Notes under the pieces: model-generated
Seen by the model: the letters and a program-made list of their open reading frames with translations, nothing else
What the model was told of the DNA's origin: nothing
Databases searched by the model: none
Part shown: in pieces, positions 52,008 through 63,991 of the stretch
Position numbering within the stretch: position 1 is the first letter of the stretch
Layout: every line of letters starts with the position of its first letter
NCBI GenBank assembly: GCA_002269645.1
Contig: NIVC01003202.1
Span: 47,920 to 111,919, forward strand
DNA from: Macrostomum lignano
Taxonomy: Eukaryota
DNA length: 64,000 bases
Direction of reading: 5' to 3'
Translations under genes and position numbers: made by a program

Positions 52008-53468
52008 GGCTGAGTTCCTCTCTTCTGGAGCTGCTGCTTCTAGGCTTCTAGACCCGCTTTTACGCGATAGTTGAAGCTATGGAAGGGGGGGGGTGGGTTG
52101 GAGAATTCTTCCAAGGGATGGCTGGATTGGACAGGGCAGGGAGCTTGAAGTGCATTGTCCCCTGCCCCCTGTCCCACCCGATCTCACGGCCCTAAAAAGC
52201 AGCGAGTGTCAGGAAGGCCAGGTGAACGGATTTGCGTGGCAGCTCTGGATTAGGCAGAGCCGTCTGTATTGAAAAAGCGAGTGAGGAGAATTAAAACCCT
52301 TAGCTTGTCTTTTTTCAATGAACGAATTCTCTCATGGGATTTGCGCGCGCGAGATTCTGCTGGACAAGAAAAATATTCGTAGATTTGTCTCAGGGTGACC
52401 TCGCGTGTTACCCGACGCTCGATGCAGAGGCCGAGTGACCCTCTAATGAGTGACCCTAGAGTAAAATGATAATCATTCCGTTCTGCCCATTCCGCTGGCT
52501 CTTGAGCACATGCTGTTGCGCAGTCACGCACTCATGCACACGCTCACGCAGGGTGTACAGCGGTCCTGACTGTCTAATCGTCAGGCATGTACACTCTCTG
52601 TGCCTTGGGTATTGGCCCTCATGGTTGCGAATCACGCGACACAAGCCCCAAATGAAGGTGGAATCAAGCTAGAGGTCTGGCGCGAGAGTCTGGCGCGCCT
52701 ACCACTGAGCTGCTCTGCGCCTGTTCAAAATTGTACTTTTAATGAAAAAGAGTCAGAAGTCGCACGCCATGGCAACTACACCCAGCAACATATTTAAGCT
52801 TCCACCCGTGAAACCAACGGTCATCAACTGTTCTCAGATTTCAGCCCTAAAGTGACGCGATTCACACTACGCCCGCGGCTCTCGTCTCATCTGCGGGTGA
52901 TGCAGTTTGCGTCACAAGGCCCGGCTTAGGCTGGTGAGGAGAGAATGGAGAGTTGGTGTCGGAACTGGTCTTGGAGCGGAAACTTGAAAAATATTGCGGA
53001 GTGTAGCTGGGTTTTTTATCAACCAATGCAGAAGGAAAAGGCCTCGCAGAACAAGTGTTCAGTTTACTTATGCATGAGAAAGCGCATGCATTGGCAGAAA
53101 CTTTCTAGCAAAAGCAACAAGTTAAGGTCCCATCTCCAGAGTGGAGGACCACAGCCAGGTCGTGCTTGAGTGCCTTCGCCGCTTCAGCCGCTGCTGCTAT
53201 TGCTGTTAATGCTCTCCCAGGGGAAATTAGCCGCTTGCCTTGTTCCGGCTTCAATCAAAAAATTCTTCTTATTTTGATTCATCTCCCTTTCCTTTTGACT
53301 GGTTGCTCCTGCTTGTTGCAGAGTCTGAACTGATGCACTTCAAAGATCTAGAAATTCTGGGAATTTCTGCTTCTAGCTCGTAAAGCAGAACGGAAACTCC
53401 TGATTGCATCTCTTATAGCTGAGAGTTGAACGGTTTGAGCTCTTTAGTAGCTAGCAGTAATTAAGCTC

Positions 53469-54020
53469 TTGGCTCCGCTAATTTCTATTTCTGAATTGCC
53501 AATTCAAACTGCAGGAAGGGAGGAGGCCGGAGGGGACGAGCAGTCACGGTTCAAAGTGACTTCCCAGCTTTGGGAGGGGGGGAATATTGTAACTGCACCA
53601 TCAGTTGATGGAGGGGCCGGTCTGCAAAAGACAGCTAGGGAAATCCAGGCAGCTCTAAAAGGAATCAAACAGGCAGTAGAAGGGGAAAAGGGCAGGACGA
53701 AGGCACCCAGGCGCAGAGACAGGAGAAGGGAGGGCAACTCAAGCTCAAGTTGAAGGGAGGAAACGAGCTGGCCCACCTGCTGGGCATGCACGGATAATAA
53801 AAGGGGTCCCGGCTGGTCAGAAAAAGAGGATTTAGAGGTTACAAAAGGAAGTGCTGCAAGGCAAGAAGAAGGAGATTGAGCGACTCATTAATCATCTCAG
53901 AAATGAGGCAGCTATTCTCGCAACACTCCGGGGCTGAACTCGAGTCGAGGCTGAGAAAGCCCTGCATCAGGCGGAGTCAAGTGCGCAGGAGACCCACGGA
54001 TACCCCGGGACATGGCTAAT
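53469..54020 (+). pseudogene. Possible decayed coding relic (charged/coiled-coil-like, multiple stops); origin unknown
   Basis: ORF 53469..53753, then a stop-interrupted frame RLQKEVLQGKKKEIERLINHLRNEAAILATLRG*TRVEAEKALHQAES; no recognisable family motif. Confidence 0.2.
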
Positions 54021-54377
54021 CTGACATTCGACAGCGCTCCGATTCACATGAACTCAGCCTAGATTGCCTCGATTCGAATCTCCAGGCAGGATTCGAGTTG
54101 GGACTAGACAGGTTAATCTGATTAATTTCGAGGCGCGCACCACTTCACTGGGACTCGGGTCAATACAGATCTGAGGCCTCACTCAGCTTTGCAGTGATGG
54201 ATGAGTCAGATCGATGTGCATTAAAAATCCCTGCAGACAAGCATAGGTGATTAGCTATTTAATTAGTCCGCCTGTTGCACCTGCGGAATAGCTTTAAATT
54301 CAATATCGAAGAAAATAGAAGTACTCAGCGTAATAATCTAGTTGTGTCAACCATCAACACAGCCAGGTCTGTGAGCT

Positions 54378-54637
54378 GTACATAAGCTATACACAAGCTG
54401 TACACAAGCTGTACACAAGCTGGACACAAGCTGGACACACGCTGTACACAAGCTGTACACAAGCTGTACACAAGCTGTACACAAGCTGTACACAAGCTGT
54501 ACACAAGCTGTACACAAACTGTACACAAACTGTACACAAGCTGTACACAAGCTGTACACAAGCTGTACACAAGCTGTACACAAGCTGTACACAAGCTGTA
54601 CACAAGCTGTACACAAACTGTACACAAGCTGTACACA
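54378..54637. repeat. 11-bp minisatellite (tacacaagctg)
   Basis: Tandem copies. Confidence 0.95.
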
Positions 54638-55352
54638 CAATCACACCAGAACATCCTGAAGTCGATCGATTGTATTGACTTTTCGTGTTTTTTGTCGAAT
54701 ATTTAATTTATCTATCACAGAAATAATCTAGCAAGATGTTTCAATATGCTCGTTCAATAAATATTGACCTCGTAATTAGTGTAATTATTGTATTACGCTC
54801 GAAGTTTAAAAGTTTCGAATCGATGGCTTCTTTGTTTTACTTACGAGCTCTCTGAAATCCGGGCAAGAGCATAATTAAACCGCTAATTGCCTTCATCCTT
54901 TTTTATCGATCTATTTGGGCAGCAATTGTTGAGTTCCTAAAACTCAATTCCGTGCAGATAAGCATAATAGCAAAGCAAATATTGAAAATCTTTTTTATTT
55001 TAATAATATGCGGTGGAGTAGTGAAATATAATATAATATGTAGTATACGATCGTATAATCCAAAATTAAAAAAACAGATTTAAACCGGAAATGGTCACTG
55101 ATGGGGGAATTATTAGCGCACTATTGTAGCAGAAATTCATCAAAAAAGTAATTACACAGCTTGTGCAGCCGCTCGTCCTTGAGGGCAGTTCGATTTCTCT
55201 GACTGTCCTGCAGCCGAGAGCACAAATTTTTCTGGACAAACAAGAAAACTGCAGACAGCCTCGGCACCGATGATGTCCTTACTAAATGAATTTCTGTGTC
55301 TGCATGGCCCAGTATTTCCTAGAAAGCGAGTTGTTTCCTAGAAACATTTGTA

Positions 55353-55740
55353 GGCCACTCAGCACATTTGTGTGTAAACTACTTTCAGTTGAGTAGTAAG
55401 TTAAACAGAAGCGTTTGAAAGTAGGCTCATTTAATTATTGGCTCTTACCCCCCCCCCCCCAGCTTAAACTCTTCAACAGCGCCTTCCCACACTACCCCGT
55501 CTCAATTTTTATTTCCTTTCTCAGAATTCCAGCCTAATTGCTGCCATGTACATTTCTGTGGACTGGCCAATGTACATTATTGCAGAACCAATTAGCAAGT
55601 TAAACTGTTTAGGCCTGCAAGCTTGGGCTTCTAAACTTAGCAAAGTCATTTTAGCCACCTTTGTTTTTATAAAATAGCTTATCTATTCTTATTTGCTACT
55701 GAACTGAAAGTAGACAGCTGTTTCACTATGCCCGAGTGGC
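55353..55740. mobile_element. MITE-like element, copy 1 (imperfect terminal inverted repeats starting GGCCACTC)
   Basis: Left ggccactcagcacattt...ctactttcagttgagtag versus right-end reverse complement gccactcgggcatagt...ctactttcagttcagtag; internal C-run; homologous to 56427-56862. Confidence 0.65.
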
Positions 55741-56426
55741 GCATTCACAATAGTTATTTTAGTATCTGTGGCTTTAACGAAGTTGTTGCGTTTTAAAAAT
55801 ACAAATAGAAACTTCACAAGCGACTTATGGCTGAATTCATTTCTGTATTCAAACCTGAAGCGGTCATGAGGGAATGCTTTAATTTATCATGGAACAGCCA
55901 TATGAAGGATTTGTTTATTATCACCTGAAGTACTTAGCAATCCAGAATGGTTGAGCTAGCACTAAAACCAATCCTTAATCTCAACCCGGAAGTGTGTAAT
56001 AAAGCACTCAGGCTTAGAAAATCAAGTTACCACTATTAAAGGAATACACCTACAAGCGTGAAGACGAATTTCCCTGAAAGAAAATATGGTAGGGGTGAGT
56101 GTGTGACCATCGTAACAGACCTTCGTTTACAAATTACAATGCAAGTAAAATAGCCAGGAAAAGTCCTTTACAAACAAGAACTCTTTGTTAGAAAGAAGCG
56201 ATTTACAAATCAGAAAGCAAAATACAATAAATTTATTACAAATCTGTAGCTCGTACTAGATCTAACAGCACCAAATCAACTACTGTCTGGGGAGATCGAA
56301 ACACGCATAACCAAGTCTACATGCAATGCTATCGTAAATTCAGACAGAGGGTGGGAGAAAAGGTTAATTTCTTGGTAAAAAGGAAGTCCTGTAGTATCAG
56401 GATTTTTTCTATTAAATAACTGGATG

Positions 56427-56862
56427 GGCCACTCGGCGCATATTTGCGTGTAAGCTACTTTCAGTTCAGTAGAAAGTTAAATAAAAAAGCATTTTAATGT
56501 ATTTTTGACAGGACTCGTTTATTGGCTCTCTTAACCCCCCCCCCCACCTCAGCCTCGTACCCCCCCCTGACTGGGTTTCCCCACCAAACCCCACCAAAAC
56601 CTCTTACCCCCACCCCCGGCCCTACCGCCCAATTTTTATTGCCTTCTTCAAGTGGTTGCAGCCTAGCACTAAAGCTGCCTACCATGTACATTCTCAGCGG
56701 TGCTGGCTAATGTACATTAACGGCTGCGCCAATAGCAAGCCGTTTACCAGCTGCAAGTTCCTCCAGCTGCCTTTCTTTTTATAAAATAGCTTACAGATGC
56801 TTCCTTACTACTGAAATTAAAATAGATAAACTTTTAGGCCAAACAAATATGCCCAGCTGGCC
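56427..56862. mobile_element. MITE-like element, copy 2
   Basis: Left ggccactcggcgcatatttg versus right-end reverse complement ggccagctgggcatatttg; shares internal blocks (attggctc+C-run, ccatgtacatt, tttttataaaatagctta) with copy 1. Confidence 0.65.
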
Positions 56863-57110
56863 TAGCTAGTCATCTAGTTTATATAAATTTAGTATCAGGG
56901 GTGTAGCCTGGGAGAGGGCAGGGAGGGCATCGCCCCCCCCCAATAGGCTGAAGAAAGTTATGGGGGGCCCTTAACTTAGCCGCACTGATTTGACACCTCT
57001 GTTCCCAAGGTTAGCAGTGCCTTAGTAACTAAATTAGTCTTGACAACTGAGATAAGGATTACGATTGTTAAGATTCCATAACGCTGAAGTGTTGCGCGAA
57101 TCACGTGACC

Positions 57111-58016
57111 CTACACTCGGCTGCAGGCATCTGTCGACCACGCGTGCCATCGTCGTCGCAGATGTCGCCGCCTGCGCAGCCGGCGCGGCCACAGCAGGCT
57201 GGCCAGCCGTCGATTCGCCCAGCACAGCGGCACCGTCACCAGCAGGCCTTGCAGGCTCAGCAGGCTGATCTGTGCGCACCTGGCCGCCTCCAAGCCCCAA
57301 CCGCCGACGCCGACATTTGACGATTCCAGCAGGTCGCCGGGCAGCAGTTCGAGTAGCAGAAGGCCGCCAGTCAGCAGGCAGAGACTGGCGGCGGCCTTGG
57401 CGAGAGCCAGCGCCCTGGCCAGCCTGCGGCCGCTCGGCTGACTGGCGGCGGCCCGGCTGAGGCAGATGCGCAGCGACCAGGCGCTGATGGCCAGGCTGCT
57501 CAGCAGAAGGCAGCCTGCAGGAAGGCGCACAGCGTAGGAGAACACCGAGCTGCTGTTCCGCTTCACCAGCAGCCAGGAGTTGCCGCCGTCCCGGCCTGGC
57601 GGCAGCAGGTGCACGGAGAAGTACACCACGGCGATGAGGCAGGGCGACCCCCAGCCGAACAAGTTTGCCGCGTTGGCGGCGCTGTAAGGAAACAGCCGGC
57701 CTGCGGCCTGGGAGCTGCGGCCGGCCCTGGCCAGGGTGTCCACGTGCAGGCAGAGCGACTCGGCCAGCAGCCAGCCGAAAATAGTGCAGTAGGTGGCGGC
57801 GTCGGCCAGCTCAGCGGCGGCGGTCAGCGTCTGGGTAGTCAGCGACGGCCGGCCGGAGACGCAGGCGGAGACGGCTGGCCAAGTGACGATGCGGAAGGAC
57901 CTGACGCTGTAGTGGCCGATGAAGGCGCACAGAAGGCTGCGATGGACGCGGAGCTTCAGCGATGTGGCAGTGGCAGGGGGGGTTGTATTTTGAAGGGAGC
58001 AGCGGCATCTTTGTGA
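57111..58016 (-). CDS. Divergent secretin-family (class B) GPCR, main exon (TM2-TM7, C-tail)
   Basis: Open frame from acceptor ctccatcag|TCA to TAG; LRVHRSLL (TM2), FGWLLAESLCLH (TM3, cf. W.L.EG.YLH), FGWGSP (TM4), VRLP (TM5), LAKAAASL (TM6), SLQGLLV..LCWAN (TM7, cf. SFQGFFV..YCF.N). The 5' acceptor choice is tentative. Confidence 0.8.
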   Translation of the reverse strand, partial: SQRCRCSLQNTTPPATATSLKLRVHRSLLCAFIGHYSVRSFRIVTWPAVSACVSGRPSLTTQTLTAAAELADAATYCTIFGWLLAESLCLHVDTLARAGRSSQAAGRLFPYSAANAANLFGWGSPCLIAVVYFSVHLLPPGRDGGNSWLLVKRNSSSVFSYAVRLPAGCLLLSSLAISAWSLRICLSRAAASQPSGRRLARALALAKAAASLCLLTGGLLLLELLPGDLLESSNVGVGGWGLEAARCAQISLLSLQGLLVTVPLCWANRRLASLLWPRRLRRRRHLRRRWHAWSTDACSRV

Positions 58017-58102
58017 CTGATGGAGCTGGCTGGCAGCTGCATGGGCTCCAGTGTGTGTGCCTGCAAGCTTCTACCCGAGATGCTGATCGAAAAAAAAATA
58101 GA

Positions 58103-58272
58103 GGAGGGTGACGGCAGCCCAGCAACTGCATGAGCATCTGGGAGGGTGACGGCAGCCCAGCAACTGCATGAGCATCTGGGAGGGTGACGGCAGCCCAGCA
58201 ACTGCATGAGCATCTGGGAGGGTGACGGCAGCCCAGCAACTGCATGAGCATCTGGGAGGGTGACGGCAGCCC
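58103..58272. repeat. 38-bp minisatellite in the GPCR intron
   Basis: ggagggtgacggcagcccagcaactgcatgagcatctg, about 4.5 copies. Confidence 0.95.
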
Positions 58273-58327
58273 AGGGAACCAAGGACCCAACAGTACACAC
58301 TTGCTCAAGGCCCCACGCTGCAGTCAC

Positions 58328-58479
58328 CTGCTTGCATGACGGCGCACCGCTGACCCGCCTCCTCTGCGCCCGTCCCAGCAGCGCGGCAGCGGACAGCAGC
58401 ACTGGAGTAGACAGCAGCATCATGGCCAGTTCCAGCAGCAGCGGTCGCTGATCCCGCCTGTGCACCAGCTGGCTGAAGC
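58328..58479 (-). CDS. Class B GPCR upstream exon (putative TM1)
   Basis: ggacag|GC acceptor; hydrophobic LLLELAMMLLSTPVLLSAAALLG followed by basic RAQRRR; donor CAG|GTGACT (phase 0) matches the 58016 acceptor. Confidence 0.6.
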
Positions 58480-58809
58480 CTGTCCGCAGGCAAGCTGATA
58501 AATTCCACATGCTCACGAGAGTTCAATTATCTTATCCACTATATTGACCACTTAAGCATCAGAACGGTGCAATTTTAAAAGCAAATGCAGTTTGGGGTTG
58601 CATGGTGTAGGTCTGTCGGGTGCGAGTCTATTTATAAAATAAAGTTTTCACGCCCACTCAAGCCGGTAATAGGCTAGGCTAGATTCAAGTCCAATCAGCA
58701 GTAGAGCACTGATGTACATATACTGCGAGTGTACATCATTTAGAATACTGTGCGTAGGTGTTTGCACGGCTGGCTAGGGATGTTGCACTCGTACTTTAAA
58801 TGTGCATAC

Positions 58810-58855
58810 CTGTATTGTATACGTAGTGTCTTGAAGTTAAATTGTACAGCCTCAT
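58810..58855 (-). CDS. Candidate first exon of the GPCR (MRLYNLTSRHYVYNT-G)
   Basis: ATG at 58855; strong donor CAG|GTATGC in phase 1 matching the 58479 acceptor; N-glycosylation sequon NLT. Short and AT-rich, so it could be chance. Confidence 0.3.
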
Positions 58856-59261
58856 AAAAATTTGACTACCCTTAGCTGATCGCCCAAGATTATTTACACC
58901 TACCGGTACACGACACTTGCGGCGGCAATTGGTTAAAAAATTATGCCCTCGCCAGGCTTACATGTAATTGCATTTGAAAACTGCGGACATAGCACCAATC
59001 TAATCCCAACTCGCTCCTTACTACTGCTACTATATATACAGATTACTGACAAACTACTGCTCATAGAACGCTCTTCGTCTTCTTGATATTTTGGGTAGGG
59101 TTTTATTAACAGGTACCAAAGCAACCGATGTAACCAAAACTGTCCGAACTACATGCAGCAGCACCAGAGCGTTGCTGACATCAAAGTCTGTAAGAAGACA
59201 ACGAAGCGTCTCATAACTTAAGTCTTGTAGTCAGTTGGCAATGGCACGAAAGTGGCACTAC

Positions 59262-59440
59262 TGGGAGTGACTGACAGCTGGAGAACTGGGAGTGACTGAC
59301 AGCTCAGAACTGGGAGTGACTGACAGCTCAGAACTGGGAGTGACTGACAGCTGGAGAACTGGGAGTGACTGACAGCTGAGAACTGGGAGTGACTGACAGC
59401 TGAGAACTGGGAGTGACTGACAGCTGAGAACTGGGAGTGG
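59262..59440. repeat. 24-bp minisatellite (gaactgggagtgactgacagct..)
   Basis: About 7 copies. Confidence 0.93.
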
Positions 59441-60475
59441 AGGCAGTTTTAAATGAAAATAATTTAAATTCCCAACTGGAAGACAATGCAATAGCTGCAG
59501 CAGTATTAGCATAGAGAATTTCTGACATAATGAAAGCATTACTTTGGTTTCTTAGTAATAAACCAATAGCAAAATCCATAATTTATATTCAATTATTATT
59601 AATATAATTATTATACAAAAGGCTCTAACGCAGTGTTGCAGAAACAACAGAACACAATAGAGCTTGACAGAGCGCGTTCAAATAAAAAATAAAGTAGCGA
59701 GTATAGCCAAAACTGATAAAAATGGATCCAGGATCAGAGAGAGTTAAGAGGCCAAATGAATATTGAAGTCAATGATAAATATTATAGAAGGCAAGCACAA
59801 ACAAGCTAAAGCCCCATATAAGCCTGACACAACAATAATTCAATAATTAGTGCTCAAAATTCGCACAACAATCTGAAACAGGGCAGAGTCAACAAGCAAC
59901 AAACGGATATGGGCTCAGCCAGTTTGTTCGAAACCTGTCAATCAAGTTCCAACATGAAAAGCGTTATAGTACACATATTAAAGAATAATATAAACTAGCT
60001 ATTGAGATCTCGGCCTAGTGTTCAGTGCTACTTTATACTTACTACTTATAATCGATAAAAGCAATAAAAACAGTAGTATTAGTAGATTTGTTAGCTTCAA
60101 TCGAAATTGCAATATTTAAAATAATTTAATTGTCTAAAACACTGACGCAGCTTGCATAGGAGGGAGGCATGGGGGCAATCGAAAACGCAAAATGACAATC
60201 AGGTCAGAGATTTTTACACATTACAAGAGCAGATTGCGCTGCATGTATCAGGAATTCTAAAGACTATAAAAACAGCACAACACATATTGGTTATAAGTGG
60301 TCGAAAATTAATTAATTTGTTAATTGAGGGAACGTATAGCAAAGCTGTGCAAATTAAACACTCTAAACAGAGGCTAACGGAGACAAAAAATCCAACACAG
60401 AATCATCTATTTACAAATCAATTTTGATTTTTTTCATTTTTTAATTCATTTGAGTGGGCTTACAGTTGTCCACGT

Positions 60476-61085
60476 AAGGGGTCCATGGCCTACTGAGATA
60501 CGAGGGGTCCATGGCCTACTGAGATATGAGGGGTCTATGGCCTACTGAGATATGAGGGGTCCATGGCCTACTGAGATATGAGGGGTCTATGGCCTACTGA
60601 GATATGAGGGGTCCATGGCCTACATATATGAGGGGTCCATGGCCTACTGAGATATGAGGGGTCCATGGCCTACTGAGATATGAGGGGTCCATGGCCTACT
60701 GAGATATGAGGGGTCCATGGCCTACTGAGATATGAGGGGTCTATGGCCTACTGAGATATGAGGGGTCCATGGCCTACATATATGAGGGTCCATGGCCTAC
60801 TGAGATATGAGGGGTCCATGGCCTACTGAGATATGAGGGGTCCATGGCCTACTGAGATATGAGGGGTCCATGGCCTACTGAGATATGAGGGGTCTATGGC
60901 CTACTGAGATATGAGGGGTCCATGGCCTACATATATGAGGGGTCCATGGCCTACTGAGATATGAGGGGTCCATGGCCTACATATATGAGGGGTCCATGGC
61001 CTACTGAGATATGAGGGGTCCATGGCCTACTGAGATACGAGGGGTCTATGGCCTACTGAGATATGAGGGTCCATGGCCTACTGAG
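60476..61085. repeat. 26-bp minisatellite (gaggggtccatggcctactgagatat)
   Basis: Tandem copies with a shorter cctacatatat variant. Confidence 0.96.
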
Positions 61086-61164
61086 AAACAAGGGCTCTAC
61101 TGCTTCTCTAGACTACACATGTTAATAAGAATTTAACACTCTACAGAAGGTCCGAGAAAAGCCG

Positions 61165-61225
61165 ACACACACACACACACAGAGAAAGAGAGAGAGAGAC
61201 AGAGAAAAAGAGAGAGAGAGAGATA
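61165..61225. repeat. (AC)n-(AG)n microsatellite
   Basis: Directly visible. Confidence 0.85.
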
Positions 61226-61471
61226 CACACTACGAAAATGATAAAACTACTGACTTATTCGCAAATCCATCCAATAAATAGTATGGTTTACAATTGTGGT
61301 GCAGCTGCTCACCGGGGAAACGCCTGGCAGTATTCGCTCTATTCATGTAGCCATGGTAACAATGAATGTAAAATAGAAAAGAAATAGATTTCTGTTCGTA
61401 TTGAGATTCCCGAACACCACCGCTCTATAGACTAAGAGATTTTCTGGCTCATAAACTAAAGTATACTATAG

Positions 61472-62283
61472 GACCTGTGAGCACACCAAAGGACCTGTGA
61501 GCACACCAAAGGACCAGTGAGCACACCAAAGGACCAGTGAGCACACCAAAGGACCAGTGAGCACACCAAAGGACCAGTGAGCACACCAAAGGACCAGTGA
61601 GCACACCAAAGGACCAGTGAGCACACCAAAGGACCAGTGAGCACACCAAAGGACCAGTGAGCACACCAAAGGACCAGTGAGCACACCAAAGGACCAGTGA
61701 GCACACCAAAGGACCAGTGAGCACACCAAAGGACCAGTGAGCACACCAAAGGACCAGTGAGCACACCAAAGGACCAGTGAGCACACCAAAGGACCAGTGA
61801 GCACACCAAAGGACCTGTGAGCACACCAAAGGACCAGTGAGCACACCAAAGGACCAGTGAGCACACCAAAGGACCAGTGAGCACACCAAAGGACCAGTGA
61901 GCACACCAAAGGACCAGTGAGCACACCAAAGGACCTGTGAGCACACCAAAGGACCCGAGCACACCAAAGGACCAGTGAGCACACCAAAGGACCTGTGAGC
62001 ACACCAAAGGACCAGTGAGCACACCAAAGGACCAGTGAGCACACCAAAGGACCTGTGAGCACACCAAAGGACCCGAGCACACCAAAGGACCAGTGAGCAC
62101 ACCAAAGGACCAGTGAGCACACCAAAGGACCAGTGAGCACACCAAAGGACCAGTGAGCACATCAAAGGACCAGTGAGCACACCAAAGGACCAGTGAGCAC
62201 ATCAAAGGACCAGTGAGCACACCAAAGGACCAGTGAGCACACCAAAGGACCAGTGAGCACACCAAAGGACCCGAGCACACACC
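61472..62283. repeat. 20-bp minisatellite (gtgagcacaccaaaggacca)
   Basis: About 40 copies. Confidence 0.98.
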
Positions 62284-62542
62284 AAAATGGTAATTTAGGA
62301 CACAAGAAGACCAGCTGTAAACAGCAAAAATAGCAGCCCATTTAGTCGGAGAAGTCTCAGAAACAGTACAGTTCGTACTTTAGTACCGGTTGGAAAAATC
62401 ACAGGAATAAAAAGTTTCAAACATAACAACAACAATGTTAAATGTTAACAATGTTAACAAACAAAAGCAGACACTAAACAAGAAAAGAGCAGACCCACTG
62501 CTGTCCAAGCCGCAATGCAGCTGCTCAATATTGGTCACAAGC

Positions 62543-63033
62543 TCACAGCATAAAAACGGACGAATCGTCAACTGTGCCGGCCGCTGACGTCGGTACGGCG
62601 TTAGACAGCACGTCGACAGACTCGGGTCCGACTGCCTCGGCTGAGACTGCCACCGAGTCCGAATTGACGCCTGTGGCGCCGTTGAACAGAGAGTCCAGCA
62701 CTTGGCTGCTCAGCTGCATGTAAGAAGCGGCGGTTGATGCCGGAGCCACCGCGGCCTGAGCCGGCACCGCCACAGTCGGATCGGTGACCGGAGACCAGGC
62801 GGGCAGCGGCAAGCCGACAGCGCTGGCGCCGCCTCCGCCAACCTGCTGATGATCAACCGTCTGCTCGGCTGGCTGTAGGCTGACATTCCAGTCCATAGCC
62901 GAGTTGCCAAGGTCAGGCAGAAGCTCCTGACTGGCTGCGGAGGCGGCGCTGTAGTGCGCAGACTCCTGCTGCTGCTGCTGCTGCTGCTGACTGCGGCAGC
63001 TCTCCTCAATCAGCTTGTTCAACTGGGCTGCCA
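62543..63033 (-). CDS. NFAT5: NFAT5-like gene, probable last exon (poly-Q, Ser/Ala-rich low-complexity region)
   Basis: ttgctttgcag|TG GCA (phase 1); QQQQQQQQ; open to TGA at 62543; a Q/S-rich C-terminal region is typical of NFAT5-type proteins. Confidence 0.6.
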
Positions 63034-63075
63034 CTGCAAAGCAATTAGAAAGACTCGCTTACTGATTCAGCCTTC

Positions 63076-63520
63076 CAGTGCATTCTCCGCTCTCACCCAG
63101 TGCATTCTCCGCTCTCACCCAGTGCATTCTCCGCTCTCACCCAGTGCATTCTCCGCTCTCACCCAGTGTATTCTCCCTCACCCAGTGCATTCTCCGCTCT
63201 CACCAGTGCATTCTCCGCTCTCACCCAGTGTATTCTCCGCTCTCACCCAGTGTATTCTCCGCTCTCACCCAGTGCATTCTCCGCTCTCACCCAGTGCATT
63301 CTCCGCTCTCACCCAGTGCATTCTCCGCTCTCACCAAGTGCATTCTCCGCTCTCACCCAGTGCATTCTCCGCTCTCACCCAGTGCATTCTCCGCTCTCAC
63401 CAGTGTATTCTCCGCTCTCACCCAGTGCATTCTCCGCTCTCACCCAGTGCATTCTCCGCTCTCACCCAGTGTATTCTCCGCTCTCACCCAGTGCATTCTC
63501 CGCTCTCACCCAGTGCATTA
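63076..63520. repeat. 22-bp minisatellite (cagtgcattctccgctctcacc) in the NFAT5-like intron
   Basis: About 20 copies. Confidence 0.96.
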
Positions 63521-63596
63521 TCCGCTTTCTCATTCTCCAAACTATCCCAAAACATCCTTAAAGCTTTCCCACACAGCCCCTATGCTACAAACTCAC

Positions 63597-63707
63597 TAGG
63601 CGACACGCAGGACAGCGACGGCTTCAAGTCGCCCGGACTGTCGCTGCCAGTGGCTGCAGCGGCTGCTTTTAGCAGTGTGACGGCCGACAAATCGTTCGGA
63701 CAGGTAA
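63597..63707 (-). CDS. NFAT5: NFAT5-like gene, internal exon after the IPT domain
   Basis: cacttcag|TT ... CCT A|GTGAGT; 111 nt, open, phase 1-1, linking the flanking exons. Confidence 0.65.
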
Positions 63708-63869
63708 CTGAAGTGTTGTCAGCGATGCTTGCATTAGTGTACTTTAGACCTATGCTTAGCGTTTAAATCTCCATCTACTATACTAACAGTAAAAGTATAA
63801 GTAAGTAGCAGGTAAAATAACAAAAAACGATTGTTATGCAGAACATGCCAAAAACCAAATCAGACTCAC

Positions 63870-63991
63870 CAGGCTTATAGGTGAAATAGAATGGCTCGGA
63901 CACCGAGGCCGCAGTGGATCACCACCTGCACCGTGAGCGGGTTCTTCAAGTCCGGATTGCCGTACGGCGGAATCCGGCAGATTAAGTGAGT
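63870..63991 (-). CDS. NFAT5: NFAT5/Rel-type transcription factor, end of IPT/TIG domain (1-nt frameshift within the exon)
   Basis: ctcgcag|ACT CAC TTA: THLICRIPPYGNPDLKNPLTVQVVIHCG then, one base out of frame, SVSEPFYFTYKP-G|GTGAGT; matches the HL...PPY...P..V...SEP..F.Y.P end of the RHD IPT domain; exon is 122 nt where 3n+1 is expected. Confidence 0.7.

Noticed and set aside
52250-52531. Forkhead-like snippet (GLCIERRVTREVTLRQIYEYF)
   Set aside because: No helix-3 signature (W.NSIRHNLS) follows and there is no splice support; the DNA overlaps a likely dispersed-repeat relic.
57975-57985. Frameshift at the G7/C7 run in the GPCR
   Set aside because: Only needed if the acceptor near 58060 is used; the in-phase acceptor at 58017/58016 gives an uninterrupted frame.
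59050-59190. Possible extra exon (DFDVSNALVLLHVVRTVLVTSVALV...) after a good acceptor
   Set aside because: I could not join it in phase to either the NFAT5-like or the GPCR exons, and it shows no recognisable motif.
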